Positions 8,589-18,476 of a stretch of 64,000 nucleotides of DNA are shown one piece after another. Both the position numbers and the translations under genes were made by a program. The stretch is from assembly GCA_963779885.1 (NCBI GenBank), contig CAWAAN010000024.1, positions 11,776-75,775 on the forward strand, in the 5' to 3' direction. Every line of letters begins with the position of its first letter. Positions within the stretch are counted from its first letter, which is position 1. Origin of the DNA: an uncultured delta proteobacterium. Lineage in GTDB: Bacteria; Desulfobacterota; Desulfobacteria; Desulfobacterales; SG8-13. The notes beneath the pieces were generated by a model. It worked only from the letters and a program-made list of their open reading frames with translations, made no database searches and had not been told where the DNA came from.

Positions 8589-8630
8589 AAACAAACGGTC
8601 AAGCCTCAAATAGGCTCGGCCGTTTGTTTT
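8589..8630. terminator. 10-bp perfect stem hairpin (AAACAAACGG / CCGTTTGTTT), possible bidirectional terminator
   Basis: The inverted repeat was read directly. The T-run is part of and follows the 3' arm. Confidence 0.35.
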
Positions 8631-8780
8631 AGGCAATCCCTGAAAGACGCCTGCCGCACAGAAATGCGGTTTACGGCCCGGGCCTGCCGGTTGCATTCAT
8701 TGGGCTTGGCGCCGCCGCGTAATGATGCTATGCAGTCCCATTGACATGCGCTCGATTGCCGGCCAAAGGAATTTACCGCC

Positions 8781-9047
8781 ATGGGTCTCTTCGAATTTGC
8801 CATCATCTTTTCCGCGACAATTGCGCTGTATAATCTGCAGCAAATCAAGATGATCCTGAAAGACAAGGGGTTTACAGTCGATGCGTTCGCGGGCTGGATC
8901 GAGGATTACCGGCGATTCAAACGATTGATCCGGGTCGAACCCGACCGCAAGATCAAGATAAAATATCAGAAAGTCCTGAACGGGCTGCATTTTTCGCTGG
9001 CGGGCGGCGCCGCATTTGCCGTCATCGTACTGATTAACCGGCTGTAG
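8781..9047 (+). CDS. small membrane protein, unknown function
   Basis: 88 aa with two hydrophobic segments, at the N- and C-termini. It lies in a lower-GC context. An antisense ORF competes with this call. Confidence 0.45.
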   Translation: MGLFEFAIIFSATIALYNLQQIKMILKDKGFTVDAFAGWIEDYRRFKRLIRVEPDRKIKIKYQKVLNGLHFSLAGGAAFAVIVLINRL

Positions 9048-9110
9048 CCATCGCGAGCGTCATGAAAACGCCGCCCTTTTTCCAAATCTAAAAAAACCGG
9101 AGGGGGCTCG

Positions 9111-9341
9111 ATGAACCAATTTACCCTCATCGTCGGCATTGCCGCGATATTTCTCGGCCTGTATTCCCTTTACCTGCGCGCCACCCACAACGACAAGTTC
9201 TCGAAATTAAGCGGTTTGCAGACGCGCTTCGGTACGACCAAGGGCAGCATCCTCCACTTTGTGTCCTATTGCCTCTTCCCGATCGTGTTCGGCATCGGCA
9301 TGATTTACGCCTATGTCAACCACATATCGTTGTTTTATTGA
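9111..9341 (+). CDS. small membrane protein, unknown function
   Basis: 76 aa. GGAGGGGG lies upstream of the ATG. Two clear hydrophobic helices are present. Confidence 0.55.
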   Translation: MNQFTLIVGIAAIFLGLYSLYLRATHNDKFSKLSGLQTRFGTTKGSILHFVSYCLFPIVFGIGMIYAYVNHISLFY

Positions 9342-9431
9342 GGCAGTTCATCGGTGAAACCGATCCCGAACCTGGCATGCCGGGAGTTCGGGAGCGGCCG
9401 GGTTTCCTTCATCACGGCGAAAGGGGGGCGT

Positions 9432-12400
9432 ATGCCCAAAAGAAACGATGTCGCAAAGATTCTGATCATCGGTTCGGGGCCGATCGTCATCGGCCAGGCT
9501 TGCGAGTTCGATTATTCCGGCACCCAGGCCTGCAAGGCCCTGCGGTCCTTGGGCTACTCGGTCGTGCTGGTCAATTCCAACCCGGCCACCATCATGACCG
9601 ATCCGGACATGGCGGACGTCACCTACGTCGAGCCGCTGAACGTCAAGGTGCTGACCGAGATCATCGAACGTGAGCGCCCCGACGCCCTGTTGCCGAATCT
9701 GGGCGGGCAATCCGGACTGAATTTGGCTTCGGAACTTCACCGCCAGGGAGTCTTGGACACCTACGGCGTCAAGGTCATCGGGGTCGGCATGGATGCCATC
9801 CAGCGTGGCGAGGACCGCCTGGCGTTCAAGGAAACCATGCAGCGACTGAATATCGACATGCCGCGCAGCCAAACGGTCGAGACCATCGCGGAGGCCGAGA
9901 AGGCGGCCGAAGAACTCGGCTACCCGGTGGTGATTCGGCCGGCCTACACCATGGGCGGAACCGGCGGCGGGTTGGTGTACAACATCGAAGAGCTGCGCAC
10001 GATCGCATCCCGTGGCCTGGCGGCGAGCCTGGTCCACCAGGTGCTGGTGGAAGAATCGGTGCTGGGCTGGGAGGAACTCGAACTGGAGGTGGTCCGCGAC
10101 GCCAAAAACCAGATGATCACGGTGTGCTTCATCGAAAACGTCGATGCCATGGGCATTCACACCGGCGACAGTTTCTGCACGGCGCCCATGCTCACCATCG
10201 CACCCGAACTTCAGGAGCGCCTTCGGCAATACGCCTACGCCATCGTTGAGGCCATTCAGGTCATCGGCGGCACCAACATCCAGTTCGCCCACGATCCGGC
10301 CACCGGCCGGGTGGTGGTGATCGAGATCAACCCCCGCACGTCCCGGTCTTCCGCCCTGGCCTCCAAGGCCACCGGTTTTCCGATCGCGCGGGTGTCGTCG
10401 CTGTTGGCCGGCGGTCTGACCCTGGACGAAATCCCCTATTGGCGGGACGGATCGCTTGAAAAGTACACGCCGTCGGGCGAGTACGTCGTCGTGAAGTTCG
10501 CCCGCTGGGCCTTCGAGAAATTCGAGGGCGTAACGGACGTGCTCGGCACCCAGATGCGGGCCGTGGGCGAGGTGATGAGCATCGGCAAGACCTACAAGGA
10601 AGCCTTTCAGAAAGCCATCCGCAGCCTGGAAATCGGCCGTTACGGGCTGGGGTTCGCACGCGACTTCAATCGGATGCCGCTCGATAAACTGCTCGGCGCC
10701 CTGGGCTCCCCCAGCAGCGAACGCCATTTCCAGATGTACGAGGCGCTGCGCAAGGGAGCCGGCATCCAGGTCCTGCAGCGGATCACCCACATCAAGGCGT
10801 GGTTCATCGAACAGATGAAAGAGCTGGTGGATCTCGAGCAGGAGGTCCTGGCGCACCAGGGCCAACGGCTGCCCGACGCGTTGCTGAGACAGGCCAAGCA
10901 GGACGGGTTCGCCGACCGTTACCTGGCCGGGCTGCTCGGCTGCCGCGAGGCCGAGGTCCGCGAACAGCGGCTGGCGCTGGGCATCGCGGAGGCCTGGGAA
11001 CCGGTGCCGGTCAGCGGGGTGGATGACGCCGCTTACTACTACTCGACCTACAACGCCCCGGACCGCGTCGCGGTCAGCAGCCGGCGCAAGATCATGGTCC
11101 TGGGCGGCGGGCCGAACCGCATCGGACAGGGGATCGAATTCGACTACTGCTGCGTGCACGCCGCCCTGGCCATCCGCGAGGCCGGCTTCGAATCGATCAT
11201 GGTCAATTGCAACCCCGAAACCGTCTCGACCGATTACGACACCTCAGACAAACTCTACTTCGAGCCGCTGACGGTCGAAGACGTGCTGAGCATCCATGCC
11301 AAAGAGCGCCCCGAGGGCGTCATCGTCCAGTTCGGCGGCCAGACCCCGCTCAACATCGCCGCCGAACTCGCCGCGGCCGGCGTCACCGTTCTGGGCACTT
11401 CGCCGGACACCATCGACCTGGCCGAGGATCGCGACCGCTTTCGCCGCATCATGCGCGATCTGGGAATTCCGCAACCCGAATCGGGTATGGCCGGCAACAT
11501 CGATGAAGCCCAGGAGATCGCCCGCACCATCGGCTACCCGCTGATCGTCCGCCCGTCCTACGTGCTGGGCGGCCGCGGCATGGAGGTGGTGCTGGATGAC
11601 GGGATGCTGCAGCAGTACCTGGCCGCCGCAGTGGAGATCTCCCCCGAACGGCCGATCCTCATCGATCGCTTCCTCGACAATGCGATCGAGGCCGAGGCGG
11701 ACGCCATCGCCGACGGCCACGAAGCGTTCGTGCCGGCCGTGATGGAACACATCGAGCTGGCCGGCATCCACTCCGGCGATTCGGCCTGCGTGATTCCCCC
11801 CATCAGTATCGCCCCCCGGCATATCGAAACCATCAGCGCGTACACCCGTAAGATTGCGGTGGCGCTGGAGGTCGTCGGCCTGATGAACGTGCAGTATGCC
11901 ATCTTTGACAACACGGTCTATGTGCTCGAAGCAAACCCACGCGCCTCGCGCACCGTGCCGATCGTCTCCAAGGTCTGCGGCATTTCCATGGCCCGTCTGG
12001 CCACCCAGGTGATGCTCGGCAAGAAGCTCGCGGACCTGCATCTGGAGCGGCGCGCCATTTCCCACTACGGGGTGAAGGAAGCCGTGTTTCCGTTCAACAT
12101 GTTTCCGGAAGTCGATCCCGTCCTGGGGCCCGAGATGCGCTCGACCGGCGAAGTGCTAGGCCTGTCGCGCTCCTACGGCCGGGCTTTCTTCAAGGCCCAG
12201 GAAGCCACCCAGGTGACACTGCCCCTTGCGGGCAGCGTGCTCTTCACCATCGCCGACCGCGACAAGACCGCCGCCCTCGAGCCCATGCGGCTCTTCCGCG
12301 ACCTTGGCTTCCGCATCCTGACCACCAAGGGTACCCACGAGTTTCTGAGGCAAAAGGGCATCGAAACCGAATTGGTGCAGAAGCTGGGCTTCGGCCGGCC

Positions 12401-12638
12401 GGACCTTGTGGATGCCATCAAGAACGGTGAAATCCAGCTGCTGGTCAACACGCCGAGCGGCCGCCAGAGTTCGCACGCCAGTGCGGAGGTCCGCAAGGCC
12501 GCCATCAAGCACAAGATTTGCTACATCACGACCACCGCCGCCGCCATTGCGGCGGCCAAGGGCATCGCCGCCCGCCGCGAGGGCGCCCCCAAGGTGCGGC
12601 CGCTCCAGGAATACCACGCGAACATTCGGCAGTGTTGA
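9432..12638 (+). CDS. carB: carbamoyl-phosphate synthase large subunit
   Basis: 1068 aa counted from MPKRNDVAKILIIGSGPIVIGQACEFDYSGTQA. It has duplicated ATP-grasp halves and a C-terminal MGS-like domain. The frame is intact throughout. Confidence 0.95.
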   Translation: MPKRNDVAKILIIGSGPIVIGQACEFDYSGTQACKALRSLGYSVVLVNSNPATIMTDPDMADVTYVEPLNVKVLTEIIERERPDALLPNLGGQSGLNLASELHRQGVLDTYGVKVIGVGMDAIQRGEDRLAFKETMQRLNIDMPRSQTVETIAEAEKAAEELGYPVVIRPAYTMGGTGGGLVYNIEELRTIASRGLAASLVHQVLVEESVLGWEELELEVVRDAKNQMITVCFIENVDAMGIHTGDSFCTAPMLTIAPELQERLRQYAYAIVEAIQVIGGTNIQFAHDPATGRVVVIEINPRTSRSSALASKATGFPIARVSSLLAGGLTLDEIPYWRDGSLEKYTPSGEYVVVKFARWAFEKFEGVTDVLGTQMRAVGEVMSIGKTYKEAFQKAIRSLEIGRYGLGFARDFNRMPLDKLLGALGSPSSERHFQMYEALRKGAGIQVLQRITHIKAWFIEQMKELVDLEQEVLAHQGQRLPDALLRQAKQDGFADRYLAGLLGCREAEVREQRLALGIAEAWEPVPVSGVDDAAYYYSTYNAPDRVAVSSRRKIMVLGGGPNRIGQGIEFDYCCVHAALAIREAGFESIMVNCNPETVSTDYDTSDKLYFEPLTVEDVLSIHAKERPEGVIVQFGGQTPLNIAAELAAAGVTVLGTSPDTIDLAEDRDRFRRIMRDLGIPQPESGMAGNIDEAQEIARTIGYPLIVRPSYVLGGRGMEVVLDDGMLQQYLAAAVEISPERPILIDRFLDNAIEAEADAIADGHEAFVPAVMEHIELAGIHSGDSACVIPPISIAPRHIETISAYTRKIAVALEVVGLMNVQYAIFDNTVYVLEANPRASRTVPIVSKVCGISMARLATQVMLGKKLADLHLERRAISHYGVKEAVFPFNMFPEVDPVLGPEMRSTGEVLGLSRSYGRAFFKAQEATQVTLPLAGSVLFTIADRDKTAALEPMRLFRDLGFRILTTKGTHEFLRQKGIETELVQKLGFGRPDLVDAIKNGEIQLLVNTPSGRQSSHASAEVRKAAIKHKICYITTTAAAIAAAKGIAARREGAPKVRPLQEYHANIRQC

Positions 12639-12772
12639 GGGGTATTTGCTTGAACCCTTGGCCCCTGGATTCCTCGGATCCTTGTGGTAGCATCCAACAA
12701 TCAAACAAGGTCTTCGCCTGAAGGTGAGGGGCTGGCTCCCCTTCCCCGAGTGTGACCATAAAGGAACCTGAC

Positions 12773-13837
12773 ATGAAAAACGGTCCCCCGCACGACTTCC
12801 CCTGGAGCAAGCCCACCCTGTTGCTGCTGGCGCTCGTCTTCTCGGCTCTTTTCGTTTCGATGATCCGCCAGTTTTTGATCGTGATTCTCCTGGCCGGGAT
12901 ATTTTCGGCCATGTTCCAGCCCCTGTTCCGGTGGTTCGAGCAGCAGCTGAAGGGCAAACGAAACCTGGCCGCCCTATTGACCCTGCTGACCATCTGCCTG
13001 ATCGTCATCCTGCCGCTGTTCCTGCTCTTTGGCATCGTCACGGCCCAGGCCATCAATATCGGCAACAGCGTTGGACCCTGGGTATCCCAGCAAATCGAGC
13101 AGCCCTCCCGGATAACCGATTTTTTCAAATCCTTGCCGTTTTACGACTACCTGGGGCAATATCAGGGGCAGCTCTTCCAGAAAGCCGGCCAGCTGGTGGG
13201 AAGAATCAGCAGCTTTTTGATCGAAAACCTGGCCCAGTTCACCCGCTCGACCATCACGGTCATTTTTTTGTTTTTCGTCTTTCTCTACACGATGTTCTTT
13301 TTCTTAAAGGACGGCCGCTTGCTGCTGGAACGCATCCTTTTTTACCTGCCGCTGAGCCCCCACAACGAAGAGCGGCTTCTGGAACGCTTCACCTCGGTTT
13401 CGCGCGCCACGATCAAGGGCACCCTGGTCATCGGGATAATCCAGGGCAGCCTGGCGGGCCTGGCGTTCTGGGGCGTCGGCATCGACGGCGCGGTTTTCTG
13501 GGGTACGGTAATGACCTTTTTGTCAGTCATCCCGGCGGTCGGCTCGGCGCTGGTGTGGGTACCGGCGGTCATCATCCTGGCCAGCATGGGAAACATCCTT
13601 AAGGCTATATTGCTTATGGCCTTTTGCGGACTGCTGGTCGGTGGCGTGGACAATCTTCTGCGGCCGAAGATGGTGGGGCGCGACACCCGGATGCACGAGC
13701 TGCTTATCTTCTTCGGCACGCTGGGAGGAATCAGCTTCTTCGGCCTCTTGGGCTTCATCATCGGCCCGATCGTGGCCGCGCTTTTTGTCACCATCTGGGA
13801 GATCTACGGCGAGACCTTCAGAGAATACCTGGAGTAA
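12773..13837 (+). CDS. AI-2E family transporter (PerM/UPF0118)
   Basis: About 354 aa polytopic membrane protein with family-typical GLLGFIIGPIVAA and VDNLLRPKMVG segments. Confidence 0.85.
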   Translation: MKNGPPHDFPWSKPTLLLLALVFSALFVSMIRQFLIVILLAGIFSAMFQPLFRWFEQQLKGKRNLAALLTLLTICLIVILPLFLLFGIVTAQAINIGNSVGPWVSQQIEQPSRITDFFKSLPFYDYLGQYQGQLFQKAGQLVGRISSFLIENLAQFTRSTITVIFLFFVFLYTMFFFLKDGRLLLERILFYLPLSPHNEERLLERFTSVSRATIKGTLVIGIIQGSLAGLAFWGVGIDGAVFWGTVMTFLSVIPAVGSALVWVPAVIILASMGNILKAILLMAFCGLLVGGVDNLLRPKMVGRDTRMHELLIFFGTLGGISFFGLLGFIIGPIVAALFVTIWEIYGETFREYLE

Positions 13838-14005
13838 GGGCTGAAAAAAAGAATGCGGCCACAATTTTCGGCGTTGAGTCGCCCGGCCGTCAAGGCGCAC
13901 AGACAAAGAAATATCTAGCTATTCCGAGTTTTTTGCAACGCAGGCGGACGGGATTCATCGGCATCTCAAATGTGGCGTTATTTTTGAGCAAGCCCCGGGG
14001 AGCGG

Positions 14006-14263
14006 TTACGGCCGCTTGCCCTTTAAAACAAGCCGCTTGATCCCGGCGCTGATCCAGCGCGCCGGCACCGCGCTCAGCGCGTAGCCGATGGTGGCCAGCA
14101 TCAGATAGATCATGGCCTTGCCCGGCAGCCCCATGCCGGAAGAAACGAGGCGGGGCGCCAGCCCCCCGGCGGCCGCGATGCCGATCAGGAGGCGCCAGGT
14201 ATCGGGCCAGAAGATAAGATAGAAAAAGACGTAGCCGGCTGTCAGGGGTCGTTTTTTGGGCAC
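14006..14263 (-). CDS. small membrane protein, unknown function
   Basis: 85 aa with two or three hydrophobic segments. No family was recognised. Confidence 0.5.
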   Translation of the reverse strand: MPKKRPLTAGYVFFYLIFWPDTWRLLIGIAAAGGLAPRLVSSGMGLPGKAMIYLMLATIGYALSAVPARWISAGIKRLVLKGKRP

Positions 14264-14439
14264 GCGGTCACCTGAAAATCAAACTGTAAAATTGAGTGTT
14301 GAACAGATAGCGATTTTATTGCGGTCTGTCCATGATATTCACATAGCGATCCGTTGCCTGTCTCGGCACCCCGTCAACCGCCGGTTCCCCAAAAATGCCT
14401 ATCGTCCCCTTTTCGCCGTCAATAACGTCATAAAAGCCA

Positions 14440-14640
14440 TCCCATCATATGGCCGATTTCCCGGCACTATATTCTTTTCCCTTCCCGTGAACGTGAACGT
14501 GCTCGTGCTCGTGAACGATTATTTAAAACGAAAATTTTTTATTAGCGGAATAGTCTTGAAGATGTACCATTACAGCCTGATGAGATTAAAGAATAAATCT
14601 TTCGTTCACGTTCACGAGTACGTGCACGTTTACGGGTACG
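14440..14640. repeat. degenerate or partial copy of the hexamer-phased composite element
   Basis: Arrays CCGTGAACGTGAACGTGCTCGTGCTCGTGAACG (14476-14508) and CGTTCACGTTCACGAGTACGTGCACGTTTACGGGTACG (14602-14640). The lead-in TTTTCCCTTC resembles the loop end of the 16xxx copies. Confidence 0.7.
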
Positions 14641-14652
14641 ATGTTTAACTGA

Positions 14653-15921
14653 CTACCAGCGGCTGGAGGAGGCCGGTTTCATGGATGAGGAGAGGAAAGG
14701 CGGGGAGGTTTCCAGGGGCTGCGACCATTCGGCGGGAAAGCGCCCATAAAAGCTGCCGTTGAGCTGGGTGTGTCGAATCAGGTGGGACCTGAATTTTCCG
14801 AACAGGGTTTTATCGGGGGCTTTGCGAAAGCGCCAGAACTCGTCCAGGGTCATGCCGCGGCAGGTCAGGCCATCGATGTCATACACGGCGCGTCCGAGAG
14901 TGATGGTCGGCGTTTCGTGAAACAGGGAAGAGATGCCGACCGTGCTGTTGATCGTCACGGTGCCCAGGGCATTTTTCAGGCAGGTGGGCAGGTGGGTGTC
15001 ATGGACCACACCGACTCTGCCAGCGATACCCAGCCGCTTCGACCTTCTGCGAATCAGCCGGGTGTAGTTCTTGATGCCCCGGTCGGCCGGGTGATGTTTA
15101 ATAAGCAGAAACGTTTCTGCGGGTGCATGCCACGCAAAGGAGGAAAGAACCTCATCGATGAAGGCTTCGATGGAAATAAAGTCCGAGTGCCGGCTGACCT
15201 GAAAGTCGTTGTGAGTTTGGAGCGGGACGAAGTAGTATTTTTTCCGCCAGCCGGCGGTCACCATGGCAGTGACCTTGCTCTCGGATACTTTGCACCACAG
15301 TTTCCGGCACCCGTTGCGAATGCCGTAAAAGGCCTGCTTGAAACACCCCTTTTCGCGATGGTGCCGGTAGTATGGATAGCGGAAGCGCAGCAGGCCCATG
15401 ACCACGTAGTAGGCAACGGCCTGGAACGCAGCCTTGCAGTGGTTGTAATTGGCCGCCAAAATAGTGGGCGAACCCTGGCCTTCCGCCGGTAGACGCTCGT
15501 AAAAAAACCTTTCGCGCGGCAGTTCGCTGAAGTCATTGACGCCGTTTTTTTCAAGGGAAATATGATCCGGCCGGATGTAGCCCTCCTCGAAAACCAAACA
15601 CTCGATCCCTGCGGCGCGGGCCTGCTCGAGCGCAATTCTGTGATACAGCCGGCAGTCGCCGAACAAAAAGATGCGGTCGATCTGATAATCGATCAACACC
15701 TGGCGAAAGAACGAGGCCCAGTCCGCGGTAGACCCCCGGTAGGCGATGGTGTTGTCCGGGTGGGCAAAAAATTGATCCCCGGCATTCAGGCAGATCCGGT
15801 AAGTTTTTGCCCCCTGGGCGCGAAAGAAAGTATCCAGTTTCTTGAAGAAGCTGCCGAGCGGCCCTTGCAGGAGCAAAATGTTCTGCCCCTGTATGCGTCC
15901 GATAATTTTTTTCATCACCAC
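14653..15921 (-). CDS. kpsS: capsule polysaccharide export protein KpsS (beta-Kdo transferase family)
   Basis: 422 aa. Family-typical N-terminal LLLQGPLGSFF and FLLIKHHP motifs. It is adjacent to kpsC. The start may be the ATG at 15915. Confidence 0.85.
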   Translation of the reverse strand: MVMKKIIGRIQGQNILLLQGPLGSFFKKLDTFFRAQGAKTYRICLNAGDQFFAHPDNTIAYRGSTADWASFFRQVLIDYQIDRIFLFGDCRLYHRIALEQARAAGIECLVFEEGYIRPDHISLEKNGVNDFSELPRERFFYERLPAEGQGSPTILAANYNHCKAAFQAVAYYVVMGLLRFRYPYYRHHREKGCFKQAFYGIRNGCRKLWCKVSESKVTAMVTAGWRKKYYFVPLQTHNDFQVSRHSDFISIEAFIDEVLSSFAWHAPAETFLLIKHHPADRGIKNYTRLIRRRSKRLGIAGRVGVVHDTHLPTCLKNALGTVTINSTVGISSLFHETPTITLGRAVYDIDGLTCRGMTLDEFWRFRKAPDKTLFGKFRSHLIRHTQLNGSFYGRFPAEWSQPLETSPPFLSSSMKPASSSRW

Positions 15922-15924
15922 AAC

Positions 15925-16400
15925 TGTTCAGCTTTTTATGAATCCCATTGAAATACCATCAAGTGGGTTTCGTAAACTTTAATGATTAAAAATTTCGTGC
16001 ACGGGTACGTTCACGAGCACGAGTACGGTTAAAAAAAGCAATCATCGCTTTATTGGAGAGTTCAAGTATGGTGCCGTTTAATTCAGCCTCACGGTGTCTC
16101 CCCTTTCCCGTGCATGCGAACGTACTCGTGCACGTGCTCGTGATCGAGGTTTCTTTAGAGGTATTTCGACACAGGTTTTTATGAATTCCATCCAATACAA
16201 TCGTGTTGGCTTCGTACACCTCGGTGATTTATTTTTCGTTCACGTGTACGTTCACGTTCACGAGCACGATCACGGTTAACAAAGAAGTCATCGCTTTTGT
16301 GTAGAGCGCAAATTATGGTCCACTGTAATTCAGCCTCGCGACCTCTCCCCTTTCCCGTGCTCGTGAACGTACTCGTGCACGTGCTCGTGACTGAAGTTTC
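15925..16400 (-). repeat. two tandem copies of the composite hexamer-phased element, inverted relative to 1508-1956
   Basis: Arrays at 15995-16028, 16108-16143, 16237-16275 and 16355-16390. Loops at 16029-16107 and 16276-16354 match the reverse complement of 1574-1650. Linkers at 15930-15994 and 16144-16236 match the reverse complement of 1684-1764. Confidence 0.85.
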
Positions 16401-16409
16401 TTCTGGGGT

Positions 16410-18473
16410 TTAAGCCAGCCCTCTCAAAAAGCCGGTCAGTTTGAGGCCCCAGCGCAGCGCCTTCGTCCCGGAGCGCTGCCGGCGGCCGGTTTGCGCGTGG
16501 CTGAGGTGCTCCAGGGCCGATTCCACGCTGACGAGGTGGCCGCGGCGCCAGTCGATGTAGCGGGGGTAGAGAATCAGCGCCGCGGCCACCAGTTCGTCGA
16601 GCGCCAGTTGGCGGCCGCGGCGGGCGAGGTGGTGCCGGTCTCGGGTCAGGCCCCAGCCGGCGTAAAACGGCAGGCCGTAGGTGGCGACCTTCTTATGGTG
16701 CAGCAGGGCTTCGAATCCCGCCAGGCTCGTCAGGGTGTGGACTTCTTCCATGCCCGCCAGGCAGATGGGCATCCCGCGGCCGCCCACGGTCAGGTTGCAG
16801 AACCGGCCGGCCTCTTCGGGCGCAACCGCGCCCCGGCGGTTGCCGGCCAGGACATCGGGGTGCGGCTTGTAGACGATGAAGGCCTCGGGGTTCTGCCGCC
16901 GGACTTCGGCCAGCAGCCCCAGGTTGGTGCGGATGTCGACACCACCCAAACGCACCGACGCATCGTCCTCGACCTGCCCGGGAACAAGAATCGTTTTTTG
17001 CCCCGGCGCGGCCGCCAGGCAAAGCGGTGCATCGTCGCCGACATTGTACTTGCTCAACCGGTTGCGCACGATGAGGCGGCGCAGACCCCGTGCGCGCCGG
17101 CACAGGTCTTCGGTAAAATTTGTCTCGCGCAGCAGAGTTTCCAGGTCGCTGGGCCGTGTGGGGTCGAAGTAAATCCCCTGCGTGTCGACCACCAGCGACA
17201 CGGGCCGCACGATGTCTGAGCCCAGGCCGACCGACCGCAGAAAACCGTCCTCCACATGGTGGACCGGCAGGCCGTGCCGGCGCGCTTTTTCTTCGATCGG
17301 CGCCGAACCGCCCGCCCCCCAGACCAGCACCTTGTCGGCCGCCGCCAGGCTTTGCGGCCGGTCGGAGAAAATCACCCGGTTGCCCGGCGCGTGCAGGGCG
17401 CGCCGGATGTAGGGCCGCTTCCACCAGTGAAACCCCGTGCAGACCAGCCGGCCCGCGTCCATGCGGTGAGCGGCGCACTGCCGGGCGAGATGCTCGATGA
17501 CCACCTCGATCGACCCCGGCCTGCCGGTGGTCGGATCGATATAGCGCGAATAGAGGATATAAGCCGCGGCGAATACTTCCGCCAGCGTCCGGGAGCGCGT
17601 GCGGCGCGGGCAGGTTTGCCGGTCACGGGTCAGTCCCCAGCCCGCGTAAAAAGGCAGGCCGAAGCACTCGACCGGCTTGTTCAGCAAAAGCGCCTCGAAG
17701 CCCATCTGGCTGGTGACGACGTAAACGCGGTCGGCTTTCTCGATAACCGAAAGCGGATTGAGGTCTTCTTCGAGCAGGTGGATCCGGGACCCGCCATGCG
17801 ACCGGGCCGACAAATAGCCCTTCTTTTTACCGGCCACCACTTCGGGATGACGCTTTATGACAATGTCGGCCTGCGGATTTTCCTTGAGAGCCGCAGCCAG
17901 CATACCCTCGAAGGTCTCCGCACCGGCCATGCCGCCGGAGACCGAGCTGTCACCGCAAGTCTGGTCGACCACCAGCACCTTCTGCCGGCGGTGACCGGGC
18001 AATGGGCCTTGAAGCAGGGGAGCGTGATTGTATTTGGAAAGCTTCCCGGCGACGATCCGCCGCAGGGCGCGTTGGGCGCGATCGATGAGGGCCGGCGTCT
18101 CCCACCCGGTGCCCTGCAGCAGGTTCTCCAGCCGTGAGGGCGTCGCCGCGTCGTAGTATATGCCCACGTCATCCACGACCACCGACAGGGGCGGGTCGCC
18201 CCCGGCGCCCGGTAAAACCGATCGGAGAAACCCGTCCTCGAGGCTTATATAGGGCAAGCCCTTTTGGTGGGCCAGCCTCCGCGCCGGCGCAGCCGTCCGC
18301 TTGCGCCCCCAACCGATCACGGCATCGAATCTCCCGCCTCTCAGCCGCCCGTACCGTGCCACCTTCTCACATTCGGGCAGAAAGGCCGCCAGGTGCGGAA
18401 TTCGCAAAATGCCACGGGATAGCGTGACGGCAAGGTTGAAAGTGGGCAGCGCAAAGCTCATCAAAGCAGCCAT
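16410..18473 (-). CDS. kpsC: capsule polysaccharide export protein KpsC (tandem beta-Kdo transferase domains)
   Basis: 687 aa. Internal duplication: two ...EDGFLRSV... and ...PFYAGWGLTRDR... segments, as in KpsC/LpsZ. Confidence 0.85.
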   Translation of the reverse strand: MAALMSFALPTFNLAVTLSRGILRIPHLAAFLPECEKVARYGRLRGGRFDAVIGWGRKRTAAPARRLAHQKGLPYISLEDGFLRSVLPGAGGDPPLSVVVDDVGIYYDAATPSRLENLLQGTGWETPALIDRAQRALRRIVAGKLSKYNHAPLLQGPLPGHRRQKVLVVDQTCGDSSVSGGMAGAETFEGMLAAALKENPQADIVIKRHPEVVAGKKKGYLSARSHGGSRIHLLEEDLNPLSVIEKADRVYVVTSQMGFEALLLNKPVECFGLPFYAGWGLTRDRQTCPRRTRSRTLAEVFAAAYILYSRYIDPTTGRPGSIEVVIEHLARQCAAHRMDAGRLVCTGFHWWKRPYIRRALHAPGNRVIFSDRPQSLAAADKVLVWGAGGSAPIEEKARRHGLPVHHVEDGFLRSVGLGSDIVRPVSLVVDTQGIYFDPTRPSDLETLLRETNFTEDLCRRARGLRRLIVRNRLSKYNVGDDAPLCLAAAPGQKTILVPGQVEDDASVRLGGVDIRTNLGLLAEVRRQNPEAFIVYKPHPDVLAGNRRGAVAPEEAGRFCNLTVGGRGMPICLAGMEEVHTLTSLAGFEALLHHKKVATYGLPFYAGWGLTRDRHHLARRGRQLALDELVAAALILYPRYIDWRRGHLVSVESALEHLSHAQTGRRQRSGTKALRWGLKLTGFLRGLA

Positions 18474-18476
18474 CCA

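Noticed and set aside
9348-11159. 603-aa antisense ORF inside carB. Similar long antisense or out-of-frame ORFs include 546-1004, 2957-4081, 18546-20054, 25220-26176, 30252-31949, 32135-33247, 40768-41850, 50582-51580, 55153-56295 and 59525-60667
   Set aside because: These are typical high-GC open-frame artefacts. Their translations are Arg/Gly/Ala/Pro-rich with no motifs, and the opposite strand or another frame encodes a clearly recognisable protein.
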